DNA from: an uncultured archaeon
GTDB lineage: Archaea > Asgardarchaeota > Jordiarchaeia > Jordiarchaeales > Jordiarchaeaceae
Length of the DNA stretch: 32,000 nt
Direction: 5' to 3'
Assembly (NCBI GenBank): GCA_964510585.1
Contig: CAZECW010000018.1
Location: 1 to 32,000 of the forward strand
Shown here piece by piece: positions 1 through 8,486 of the stretch. The notes under the pieces were generated by a model. That model was not told the DNA's origin, did no database searches, and worked only from the letters and a program-made list of their open reading frames with translations. Positions within the stretch are counted from its first letter, which is position 1. Every line of letters begins with the position of its first letter. The translations under genes and the position numbers were made by a program.

Positions 1-75
1 CTTAATCTCTTTGAATCGGGGGAGGTGGCGGAGGTTTTCAAGGTTTGTGCCTTCAAAAACTTCTTCGACTGACAT
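1..75 (-). CDS. 5' end of an unidentified protein gene running off the window (MSVEEVFEGTNLENLRHLPRFKEIK...)
   Basis: ATG at 73-75 (minus strand) preceded by GAGGGT; 25 open codons to the window edge; too short to identify. Confidence 0.5.
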   Translation of the reverse strand, partial: MSVEEVFEGTNLENLRHLPRFKEIK

Positions 76-524
76 ACCCTCATTTAGACGAAAAGGGGTT
101 AGTTAACTTAACTCCCAAAAACATAATTATTACATTGTGCCGAGGGGGAGAAGCGAAAAGCACTAAAGCAAACTAAACAGTGCAGGAGAGTGACCTCCAA
201 TTTCCAGCAGCACCACCGCTTTATTTGTAAATAATTACTGTTTTGAAGCTATCTTTGTTCTATGACGTGACTATAATGGAAGCGTAAACTTGGCACTCTT
301 CTACCCCGATTCATGATTTGTGAAACTAAATAAGGAACAAACGGGTAATTGAACACCAAAAAGGCATGGAGTGAAGGTAATCAGTTTTAAAAAGTTTATT
401 TTTATCATTTTTCCAGGTTGGCTGTTTAAGTATTAAGGAAAAACTTTTCTATCTGTATTACCAATGAAACTTAGTAAATTGCTTATGTAATTTTTCCTTT
501 TCTGTTTTAAGAGGACTGGTAGGA

Positions 525-1139
525 ATGACTCTTGAAGAAGGACAATTCTTGGTTAAACTGGCACGTAGAGCCTTCGAAACTTACGTCAAACAACATGTAA
601 AGATTGATGTTCCTAAAGACACCCCAGCAAAGCTGCTTGAAAAGAGTGGTGTTTTTGTGACCCTTAGCACGGTTACCCCAACAGGAGAGAAGCGTCTACG
701 AGGATGTATAGGCTTTCCCCTGCCACACTTTCCTTTAGCCCAAGCAACCATTGAGGCGGCTATTAGTTCTGCAACCATGGATCCCAGGTTTCCTCCTGTT
801 ACGGAAAGCGAGATAGACAACATAGTGGTTGAGGTCACCGTTTTGACGCCGCCAACCCTAATAGAAGTGGAGGATCCAAAGGAGTATCCTTCCAAGATTA
901 AGGTGGGAAAACATGGTTTAATCATAGAAAGGGGACCCTACAAAGGTTTGCTTCTGCCCCAAGTTCCTGTGGACTGGAATTGGGACGAAGAAGAATTTCT
1001 TTGTGAATGCTGCATTAAGGCGGGCCTCTCTCCAGATTCATGGTGTGATAAAAAAACAAAAGTCTACTGTTTTGAGGGAATCATCTATGAAGAAGAAAGT
1101 CCACGCGGCAAGATAGTAGAGCGACCTCTGACAAAATAG
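525..1139 (+). CDS. AMMECR1-domain protein (TIGR00296-like)
   Basis: GVFVTL, LRGCIG and AAISSATMDPRFPPV motifs, then GLLLPQV...FLCECCIKAGL. Confidence 0.93.
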   Translation: MTLEEGQFLVKLARRAFETYVKQHVKIDVPKDTPAKLLEKSGVFVTLSTVTPTGEKRLRGCIGFPLPHFPLAQATIEAAISSATMDPRFPPVTESEIDNIVVEVTVLTPPTLIEVEDPKEYPSKIKVGKHGLIIERGPYKGLLLPQVPVDWNWDEEEFLCECCIKAGLSPDSWCDKKTKVYCFEGIIYEEESPRGKIVERPLTK

Positions 1140-1161
1140 TGCATTTACTGGGGTTCTTAAA

Positions 1162-2349
1162 ATGAAAGTTTACTTTTCACCCAACGGTATGGCTCTTGGA
1201 CATGCGGGTCGTTGCGTTCCTATTGCTAAGAAACTCGTAAACAATGGCGATGAGGTTCTCTTTTCGACTTACGGTGATGCGGTAGATTTTGTTAAGGCGG
1301 CAGGTATACCTGTAACCCGAGTGCCCAAGATGGGATTAGTTGAAAGTCTGGATGGAACTATTGAAATGCTTAGAACAAGCATTCAGTGGCCCAAATATGT
1401 TTGGATTTTTTTGAAACAGTACATATCTGAAATTAAGCTTTTAAGACGTTTCAAGCCAGATGTGGCTGTTTCTGATTCGCGTTTATCCACGGTCTTGGCT
1501 TGCTGGCTTCTGAGAATACCTTGCATTTTGTTGTTGCATCAAATTAAGTTGCTGGTACCCCATAAGAAGCGCCTTAGCAAATTTAAGGAGAAACTAAAGC
1601 ATTTTGCGGAGTGGATTATTCTTTATTTTACTCACCTGCTTTGGAATAGAAGCACTTCAATTCTTGTTCCAGACTTTCCACCTCCCTACACAATATTCAA
1701 ATCTAGTCTCGAAGTTCCAGAGAAGCTTATGAGTAAGGCGAAATTTATTGGTCAAGTGATTGAAAGACCACCACACCAGTTACCTAGTAAGGAGGAGTTG
1801 AGGAGCAAGCTGGGGTTCGATAACCGCCCACTCATCTATGTTGGGATTTCAGGGACAAAGAAGGAGAGGGAGCTTTTGTCAATTAAGCTTGAAGAAATTT
1901 TCAGCCAGTTTCCTGCCAAGTATAATATTGTTATGACCCTGGGAAAACCAGATAAACCAGACACATTCATAGAAAAAAATAATCTGCGTATCTATAATTG
2001 GGTCACAGATAGATACTCTTTGATTAAGGCCTGCGATCTTTTAGTATCTAGGTCAGGGCATAACACCTTAGCAGAGTCCATGTATTACGGCAAGCCATCA
2101 ATTCTTATTCCAACACCTGCCCACACAGAGCATCAGGAAAATTCAAAGTCTGCGGAACGTATGGGCATCGCAAAAGTTATTCAACAAAACGAGCTATCAA
2201 AAAGTAAAATGTTAGATTGTGTGGAGGAGGTGCTGAATCATTCAGAGTATAGGAATCGTATAAAGCAGGTTCAGAAAAAAATTTCCAACTTGGACGCCAT
2301 ACAAGCCGTTATTGACCTGATACATCAATTAGGGAATAGAGAGAAATAA
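1162..2349 (+). CDS. GT-B glycosyltransferase, family 28 / MurG-like
   Basis: N-terminal GMALGHAGR; C-terminal SRSGHNTLAESMYYGKPSILIP...HTEHQENS; substrate unknown. Confidence 0.85.
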   Translation: MKVYFSPNGMALGHAGRCVPIAKKLVNNGDEVLFSTYGDAVDFVKAAGIPVTRVPKMGLVESLDGTIEMLRTSIQWPKYVWIFLKQYISEIKLLRRFKPDVAVSDSRLSTVLACWLLRIPCILLLHQIKLLVPHKKRLSKFKEKLKHFAEWIILYFTHLLWNRSTSILVPDFPPPYTIFKSSLEVPEKLMSKAKFIGQVIERPPHQLPSKEELRSKLGFDNRPLIYVGISGTKKERELLSIKLEEIFSQFPAKYNIVMTLGKPDKPDTFIEKNNLRIYNWVTDRYSLIKACDLLVSRSGHNTLAESMYYGKPSILIPTPAHTEHQENSKSAERMGIAKVIQQNELSKSKMLDCVEEVLNHSEYRNRIKQVQKKISNLDAIQAVIDLIHQLGNREK

Positions 2350-2399
2350 ATTTTCGGGAGGTTAAGTCTCTGGTTATTGATAAATTACTGGAGAGAAAA

Positions 2400-3224
2400 A
2401 TGTTAGAGTTTCTGGAAGAAGACTTGGGATGGGGAGACATCACTACAAATGCGCTCATTCCTGAAGAAACCATAGCTGAGGCGAGAATAATTTCCAAAAG
2501 AGAAGGCATAATTGCTGGTTTAGAGGAGGCAGGTATAATTTACAAACTTTTAAATGTAGATTTTAAACCTCTAGTTAAAGATGGGGAGAGAGTTACCAAA
2601 GGCCAAATTGTGGCTGAGTTGAAGGGCTCTGCTAAGTCTATTCTTCTTGGGGAGCGCACCGCTCTAAACATTATGATGCGTATGAGCGGTATTGCCACTG
2701 AAACCTCTAAAATTGTGGATCTGGCAAAAAAAATTAACCCAAAACTCAGAGTAGCCTGTACCCGCAAGACTACACCTGGATTCAGATATTTTGAGAAAAA
2801 AGCTGTAGCTCTGGGCGGAGGTGACACCCATCGTTTCCGTCTTGACGATATGGTTCTAATTAAAGATAACCATTTATGTATAATAGGTGATGTTAGAAGG
2901 GCGGTATCTCAAGCCCGGTTGAGGAGTAGTTTTACCAAGAAAATAGAGGTAGAAGTAGTGGACGCCGACCAAGCCTTTGAAGCAGCTGATGCCGGCGCAG
3001 ATATAATAATGTTTGATAACATGTCCCCGGAGGAGGCAAAGAAAGCACTGGAAACATTAGAGAAGAGAGGATTAAGAGAGAAGGTTCTAATTGAATTGTC
3101 TGGGGGAATCACTCCAGAAAATGTTGAAAAGTACATGGCTCTGGATGTGGACATTATATCTATGGGATATATAATTCACTCCATAAGAGCCTTAGATTTA
3201 AGCTTGGACTTAATTAAGCATTAA
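2400..3224 (+). CDS. nadC: Quinolinate phosphoribosyltransferase (nicotinate-nucleotide pyrophosphorylase)
   Basis: EDLGWGDITT, CTRKTTPG, HRFRLDDMVLIKDNH, IEVEV, DIIMFDNM and SGGIT motifs. Confidence 0.96.
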   Translation: MLEFLEEDLGWGDITTNALIPEETIAEARIISKREGIIAGLEEAGIIYKLLNVDFKPLVKDGERVTKGQIVAELKGSAKSILLGERTALNIMMRMSGIATETSKIVDLAKKINPKLRVACTRKTTPGFRYFEKKAVALGGGDTHRFRLDDMVLIKDNHLCIIGDVRRAVSQARLRSSFTKKIEVEVVDADQAFEAADAGADIIMFDNMSPEEAKKALETLEKRGLREKVLIELSGGITPENVEKYMALDVDIISMGYIIHSIRALDLSLDLIKH

Positions 3225-3353
3225 ATCCCATCCTGAAGTTTAGATCTCCCATTTTTTGAAGCATGTTTTTGAGTAGAAGCCAACCTCAGATAAATTTTCA
3301 GAATGCGAGATTTGTGTAAACGAAACAATCAGTAATTGGGAAAAGCTAAAGAT

Positions 3354-3411
3354 GGGGTGTACAGGTTTTCCGAAAGCGGAATAATTGTCCTGCCCTCTTT
3401 TTCCTTTTTTT
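3354..3411 (+). terminator. Possible terminator of the AMMECR1-GT28-nadC unit
   Basis: Hairpin TTCCG-AAAG-CGGAA (3368-3381) inside CAGG/CCTG and GGG/CCC pairings, followed by a T-rich tract at 3398-3411. Confidence 0.35.
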
Positions 3412-3505
3412 CCATATATTTTAAAGCAATTGATGATTTCTCTTTATACGGGTTTCTTTCTTCAAGCGTATATTCTCTAAAAATTGTATGTTGGGTGGCT
3501 GAGGA

Positions 3506-4717
3506 ATGCTTCAGAACAAGTTGGTTGAGTCTCCTGTTGAAATTCTCAATGAGTGGAAAAAGGCGGTGCTTGTGCGTTACGGTGAGCTGTCACTTAAAAG
3601 TGAGCCTACCCGAAGTTTTATGGAAAAAGTTTTGATTAGAAACATAAAGTGGATGCTTAACAGGAAAAAGGTACCTTACGATAGTATCTCTCGGGAGAGG
3701 GGTAGAATCTTTTTGAGTAGCGATTCTCCCAGAATAGTGTGTCAAGCGCTCTCTAGTGTTTTTGGCATTGTTTCTACAAGTCCTGTTCTGGTTACGTCCT
3801 CGGAAATGAATGAGATAATACGTCTTGCTGAAAGGGTGGCTGACGTTCTAATCAAACCCAATGACAGCTTTGCAATACGTGCCAGGAGAGCGGGAACTCA
3901 CAGCTTCACTTCCATTGATGTTGAGAAAAAGGTTGGAGAAGTAGTTCTTGCTAGAACTAGGAATCTAAACACTAAGGTAAATCTGACCCAACCAGACAAA
4001 TGCATCTTTATAGAAATTAGAGAAAAAAAGACTTACATTTACCACGAAATCTTCCCAGGACCAGGCGGCTTACCTTACAGTAGTGAGGGAAAAATGGTTG
4101 CCCTCTTCTCGGGAGGCATAGACAGCCCAGTCGCAATGTGGCTGATGATGAAACGCGGATGTAAAGTAGTTCCCATATATTTTGACAACACGCCATACAC
4201 GGATGAATCTAACTATAACCGAGCAATGGATGTAATCAAAATTCTAAGAGAATATGCTACTCAAGACAAATTCTATATTTACGTGGTTCCCCATGGTAAA
4301 ACTCTCGAAAAGGCCATCACTCAGGCGCCTCGTAGGCTGACTTGCCTCCTCTGCAAAAGAGCCTTTTACCGAGTGGCTACCATTATAGCTGAAAAGGAGA
4401 ACGCGAAAGGCATAATCACGGGAGAGAGCATGGGACAAGTAGCTAGCCAAACATTAGATAACCTAATGGTCCTGAACGAAGCTACACATCTACCCGTATT
4501 CCGCCCCTTGATAGGTTTAGACAAATTAGAGATAGAAGGCATCGCCAAAAAAATCGGAACATACGAAGCTTCTTGTATTAAAACTGCAAGCTGTTCAGCG
4601 GCACCAGACAAACCAAGAACAAAAGCAAAACTAGAAGAAGTAAAAAAGGCAGAAGAAGAACTTATGGATCTCGTACAAGAAGAGAGTAATTTAGGCAAAC
4701 GCATCTACATCGAATAG
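3506..4717 (+). CDS. thiI: tRNA 4-thiouridine synthase ThiI
   Basis: VRYGELSLKS, THUMP domain, PP-loop SGGIDS, CLLCKR, TGESMGQVASQTL and RPLIG motifs. Confidence 0.96.
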   Translation: MLQNKLVESPVEILNEWKKAVLVRYGELSLKSEPTRSFMEKVLIRNIKWMLNRKKVPYDSISRERGRIFLSSDSPRIVCQALSSVFGIVSTSPVLVTSSEMNEIIRLAERVADVLIKPNDSFAIRARRAGTHSFTSIDVEKKVGEVVLARTRNLNTKVNLTQPDKCIFIEIREKKTYIYHEIFPGPGGLPYSSEGKMVALFSGGIDSPVAMWLMMKRGCKVVPIYFDNTPYTDESNYNRAMDVIKILREYATQDKFYIYVVPHGKTLEKAITQAPRRLTCLLCKRAFYRVATIIAEKENAKGIITGESMGQVASQTLDNLMVLNEATHLPVFRPLIGLDKLEIEGIAKKIGTYEASCIKTASCSAAPDKPRTKAKLEEVKKAEEELMDLVQEESNLGKRIYIE

Positions 4718-4906
4718 ATAGGCTTCGAGGGAGATTTGAACATAAAAAAGGATACGCATTTTTGATGTTTAGTTTGCATAACTGTTTTGCTCAACTACTA
4801 TTAGATCTTGGGGAAAGCTAGCGTCCTCTTCACGCAGTCACAAACAAAAATATCTATATGTATCATATACAAAAAGTCCACTACCGAATAATGTGAAAAA
4901 ATCTTA

Positions 4907-4921
4907 AAAAAAGTTTAAATA
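4907..4921 (+). promoter_or_regulatory. BRE/TATA promoter of rps12-rps7
   Basis: AAAAAAG-TTTAAATA about 50 nt upstream of the rps12 start. Confidence 0.6.
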
Positions 4922-4973
4922 TCTCCCTTTACTTGGTTTTCGCATCAAAATCCTAAATATTTGAGGGAATCTA

Positions 4974-5414
4974 ATGGTTGGTGAATCACCGAAAGGCGAG
5001 TTTGCAGCACGTACACTCAAGACAAAGAGTAAAAAGGCTAGGTGGAAGGACAGGTACTACAAACGTAGAATGCTCCATCTTGATGTTAAGGCAGACCCTC
5101 TAGAGGGCGCCCCTCAAGCGAGAGCCATCGTCCTCGAAAAAGTGGGAATAGAATCCAAACAGCCAAACTCAGCTATTAGAAAATGCGTCAGAGTCCAACT
5201 CATTAAAAATGGAAAACAGATTACAGCTTTCCTACCGGGCGATGGTGCCCTAAACTTCGTAGACGAACATGATGAAGTTATTGTGGCAGGCATAGGTGGT
5301 GCCAGAGGAAGAGCCTTCGGAGATTTACCAGGGGTAAGATGGAAAGTCGTTAAAGTGAATGGTGTGTCCCTAGAGGCACTTCTATCTGGAAAGAAAGAAA
5401 AACCAATAAGGTGA
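4974..5414 (+). CDS. rps12: 30S ribosomal protein uS12
   Basis: [20 protein letters not shown] and [13 protein letters not shown] motifs. Confidence 0.98.
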   Translation: MVGESPKGEFAARTLKTKSKKARWKDRYYKRRMLHLDVKADPLEGAPQARAIVLEKVGIESKQPNSAIRKCVRVQLIKNGKQITAFLPGDGALNFVDEHDEVIVAGIGGARGRAFGDLPGVRWKVVKVNGVSLEALLSGKKEKPIR

Positions 5415-5498
5415 AACCACTACCTAAAACATTTCAAACAAAAATCAAGCTAAATTTAATTAATAATAACCTAAAATAAAAATGGGGCAAGCATCAAT

Positions 5499-6065
5499 AT
5501 GAGTGAAGTGAAGGTATTCGGGAAATGGCCAATTGACAATATTGAAATACGTGATGTAGGACTAAGAGACTACATAAACCTCACACCAAAATACATTCCG
5601 CATACTGGTGGTCGACACGAACAAAGAAGATTCCTAAAATCTAAGTTAACCATAGTTGAAAGATTAATCAACAAGTTACAGAATCCGGGGCGGAACGCTG
5701 GCAAAAAAATAAAAGCACTGAACATAGTTAGACTCGCCTTCGAAATCATACATCTAAAAACTGGACAGAATCCCGTGCAAGTCCTCGTCAGGGCGGTAGA
5801 AAATTCAGCACCCAGAGAGGAAACGACCCGAATTAGTTACGGTGGAATAGTTTACCACCAGGCAGTAGATGTAGCCCCTATGAGGCGCGTAGACTTGGCG
5901 TTAAGATTCCTAACCGAAGGAGCGAGAAAAGCAAGCTTCGGCAACCAGAAGACCATAGAGGAATGCCTAGCAGACGAACTGATAAATGCAGCAGCCAACG
6001 ACACAAAAAGCAGTGCAGTAATGAAGAAAGAGGAAAAGGAAAGAATAGCAGTTTCAGTGAGATAA
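5499..6065 (+). CDS. rps7: 30S ribosomal protein uS7
   Basis: [25 protein letters not shown] and [15 protein letters not shown] motifs. Confidence 0.98.
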   Translation: MSEVKVFGKWPIDNIEIRDVGLRDYINLTPKYIPHTGGRHEQRRFLKSKLTIVERLINKLQNPGRNAGKKIKALNIVRLAFEIIHLKTGQNPVQVLVRAVENSAPREETTRISYGGIVYHQAVDVAPMRRVDLALRFLTEGARKASFGNQKTIEECLADELINAAANDTKSSAVMKKEEKERIAVSVR

Positions 6066-6419
6066 ACAAAACTCAGATATTTCAATTTATGATAATCTAA
6101 AAAGACCACCTTCAAAAACCAATGAAAAAGGGAAAACCCCAATAATCAAAAGATAACTTATTTTTGAATCCAACTTTCGGAACCTACAATTTTGAATAAT
6201 TTTGCTCCTACGCAGCTGTGTGGTTGCAATTTTACTGACCTAACACATCTATACAAGAGAGAGAACCTGATTGACGGATGGCTTAAACTGCAATAAGAGA
6301 CGTTCAAATCCGCGTAATGGAGTTTAAACTGTGCCAAACCTAACATAAAGGGTATCCGATTCTCATTCTAAAAGTATAAAAATTTCCCCGCAATGAGGGT
6401 GGAACGGTTCGGGTAGTTT

Positions 6420-6860
6420 TCAGCCAATGATTACATCATCAATCTGGAAATGCCTACGCGCCAGCAGACGTGCACGGGCAACATTCTTTCCCGCTTTTCC
6501 AATGGCAATGCCCTTATCTTTGGGATCCACGTTCACAACCGCTACCTTTTTTCCGTTTCTTTTCTCAGTTATGTGGATAGATTTTATTCTTGCTGGGGCG
6601 AGAGTATTTTTTATGAAGTCCTCAGGGGTATCTGCGTATTCAACTACGTCTATGGGTTTCTTAATGAAATCCCTGACTCTCTTTATGTTCGTTCCCCGTT
6701 TTCCTATAGCCATTCCGATATCTCCCGGTTTTATTACAAACACTATTCTTCCTTCTTCCTCATCCACAATGCAGTCTTTTACTACCGCACCTGTTATGCT
6801 CTCAAAGAGAGCTATATACCGGAGTTCTGTTGAGGTGAGTTTTACACTATAGCTTGCTAT
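6420..6860 (-). CDS. nusA: Archaeal NusA (KH domains); start probably ATA at 6860
   Basis: Frame is open upstream of the tracked GTG (6767) and encodes the conserved KLTSTELRYIALFESITGA; GGAGG lies 8 nt before ATA; AIGKRGTNI and AIGKAGKN KH motifs. Confidence 0.93.
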   Translation of the reverse strand: MASYSVKLTSTELRYIALFESITGAVVKDCIVDEEEGRIVFVIKPGDIGMAIGKRGTNIKRVRDFIKKPIDVVEYADTPEDFIKNTLAPARIKSIHITEKRNGKKVAVVNVDPKDKGIAIGKAGKNVARARLLARRHFQIDDVIIG

Positions 6861-6863
6861 TTT

Positions 6864-7169
6864 TTATCCCTCCTTTAATTTTAGTATGTTTGAGTCACCA
6901 GGTTGCTCTACTGATAGGCATGCCACCATATGCGGTCTTCCGCATACGGAGCCTAGATCCCAGCTTGTGCCTGCATAGTTGTAGATGGGTATGTTGGAGA
7001 GTTTGCTATAGTAGAGTATTTCTTCTCGAGTTTCTTTAGGGCAGTTGGATGCTATGATTACAAGCTGGGTTTTACCCAGCTTTATTTGTCTTATTGTTTT
7101 TTTTGTGCCGAGGGTTACCTTTCCGGTTTTAATTGCGAGGTTTATTGCTTTATCGATGTCCATTTTCAC
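6864..7169 (-). CDS. rpl30e: 50S ribosomal protein eL30
   Basis: TGKVTLGTKKT and LGSVCGRPH motifs; GTG start overlaps the rpoA2 stop. Confidence 0.97.
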   Translation of the reverse strand: MKMDIDKAINLAIKTGKVTLGTKKTIRQIKLGKTQLVIIASNCPKETREEILYYSKLSNIPIYNYAGTSWDLGSVCGRPHMVACLSVEQPGDSNILKLKEG

Positions 7170-8359
7170 TTCTCCTTAGCTTCTTCCCGCCTGGGATATT
7201 GACCCATTAGTAGGTCTATTGCGCCAGTGCCTACAGGTATTAGTTGGCCTACTATAACGTTTTCGGTTATACCGCTTAAACTGTCTTCTTCTCCTTTTAC
7301 ACTTGCTTCAATTAAATGTTTTACGGTTACCTCAAAGGCCGCCCTTGCAAGTACGCTTTCCTTTTCTCCGCTTATTCCGTGGCGTCCTATCTGCCTTATG
7401 TCTCCTGAAACTGTCATTAGGTCTGCTACTAACATTATGTGGCGTATATCTACGTCTAGCCCTTGCTCATCTAGAACCTTGCTTGCTTCTTCTATTATAG
7501 CGTTTCTGGCGGCTTCTACTCCTAATGTTTGCGCTACTTCATGTATATGATTTGAACTGGTTCTCGAAATGTCAACTCCAGGAATGCGTAAAACTTCAGG
7601 TAGATTTGTTCCCTCAGAGTACAAAACATACTCATTTGAGTCCCTCTCCTTTTTGATAACGACCCTATCGATTCCTGCCACTCCCTTTAGGGTTAGACTT
7701 CTTGTTTTTTCCAAAAGTTTTTGTAGGTCAGTTAAGGTTTCAGATTCAGGCGTTAGATAGATGGTGTTTTCTTCAAAGCTTACTTCGCCTTTCTTGAGAC
7801 CTTTTACCTTTTCCAGCACCATTTCTACTGTGATGCCCTTATCTTCCAGCATTTCCGGATCCAAATTGATGACAATTTGATGTGTGGCGAGGTCTATTTC
7901 GACATTGTGGGCAACATTTTCTATTCTGGTGGTTTCAATCAGTCTTGCTACTTCTTTGGCTTTTGCAAGATCGTATCGGTGTTCCTCGTCTAAATGTATA
8001 GTCATCATAGGAGTTGCGGGGTTGCGCCGGGCATCAACAATTTCAATTAAACGTGGTAAACCTAACGTTACGTTAAGTTCAGCTACTCCCGCATAGTGAA
8101 ATGTTTTCAGAGTCATCTGTGTACCTGGTTCTCCTAGACTCTGAGCAGCAACTGTGCCAACGGCTTCTTCAGGCTCTATTAAAACTTTTGAATATGCCTT
8201 CTTAACCTCTTCTATTATTTTTTTAACTTTTTTGGGGGTTAGATTATCTTCACCAATTTTAGCTTTCAAGGTCTTTTCAAGCTCATCAATCAATGAATGG
8301 GGAAGAAATTCCTCCTTCCTTAGTTCATCTATTTGCTTCGAGATTTCTTCGGCTAACAT
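7166..8359 (-). CDS. rpoA2: RNA polymerase subunit A'' (Rpo1C)
   Basis: AAQSLGEPGTQMTLKTFH, NVTLGLPRLIEI and SVLARAAFE motifs. Confidence 0.98.
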   Translation of the reverse strand: MLAEEISKQIDELRKEEFLPHSLIDELEKTLKAKIGEDNLTPKKVKKIIEEVKKAYSKVLIEPEEAVGTVAAQSLGEPGTQMTLKTFHYAGVAELNVTLGLPRLIEIVDARRNPATPMMTIHLDEEHRYDLAKAKEVARLIETTRIENVAHNVEIDLATHQIVINLDPEMLEDKGITVEMVLEKVKGLKKGEVSFEENTIYLTPESETLTDLQKLLEKTRSLTLKGVAGIDRVVIKKERDSNEYVLYSEGTNLPEVLRIPGVDISRTSSNHIHEVAQTLGVEAARNAIIEEASKVLDEQGLDVDIRHIMLVADLMTVSGDIRQIGRHGISGEKESVLARAAFEVTVKHLIEASVKGEEDSLSGITENVIVGQLIPVGTGAIDLLMGQYPRREEAKEK

Positions 8360-8486
8360 TTTAAACCACTTACTGGTATTCCAATATTAAGAGATAAGCG
8401 TAATTTTAGATTCATATTCCATTCAACATAATTACACGTAATCTTCCACTGTTTTCAATCGGCATAAATATTTTTCTTTGTATTGT

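Noticed and set aside
138-215. GC-richer stretch starting GCCGAGG with small hairpins (GGAG/CTCC, CACT/AGTG), considered as a tRNA half or riboswitch
   Set aside because: No D or T arm consensus and no match to riboswitch cores I know; stems are short enough to be chance
2370-2372. Possible CTG start for nadC behind GGGAGG
   Set aside because: ATG at 2400 has its own GGAGAG and gives a normal-length protein, so a non-canonical start is not needed
3430-3502. TGATGA ... CTGA pair resembling a C/D box sRNA
   Set aside because: C box lacks the leading purine, there are no internal C'/D' boxes, and the interval looks like the thiI promoter region
3336-3635. 99-aa ORF overlapping the thiI start, and the many antisense ORFs in the track
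   Set aside because: Shadow frames of well-supported genes, with no motifs
6158-6346. 62-aa minus-strand ORF between rps7 and nusA
   Set aside because: No SD motif, no recognisable domain, and atypical composition; probably spurious
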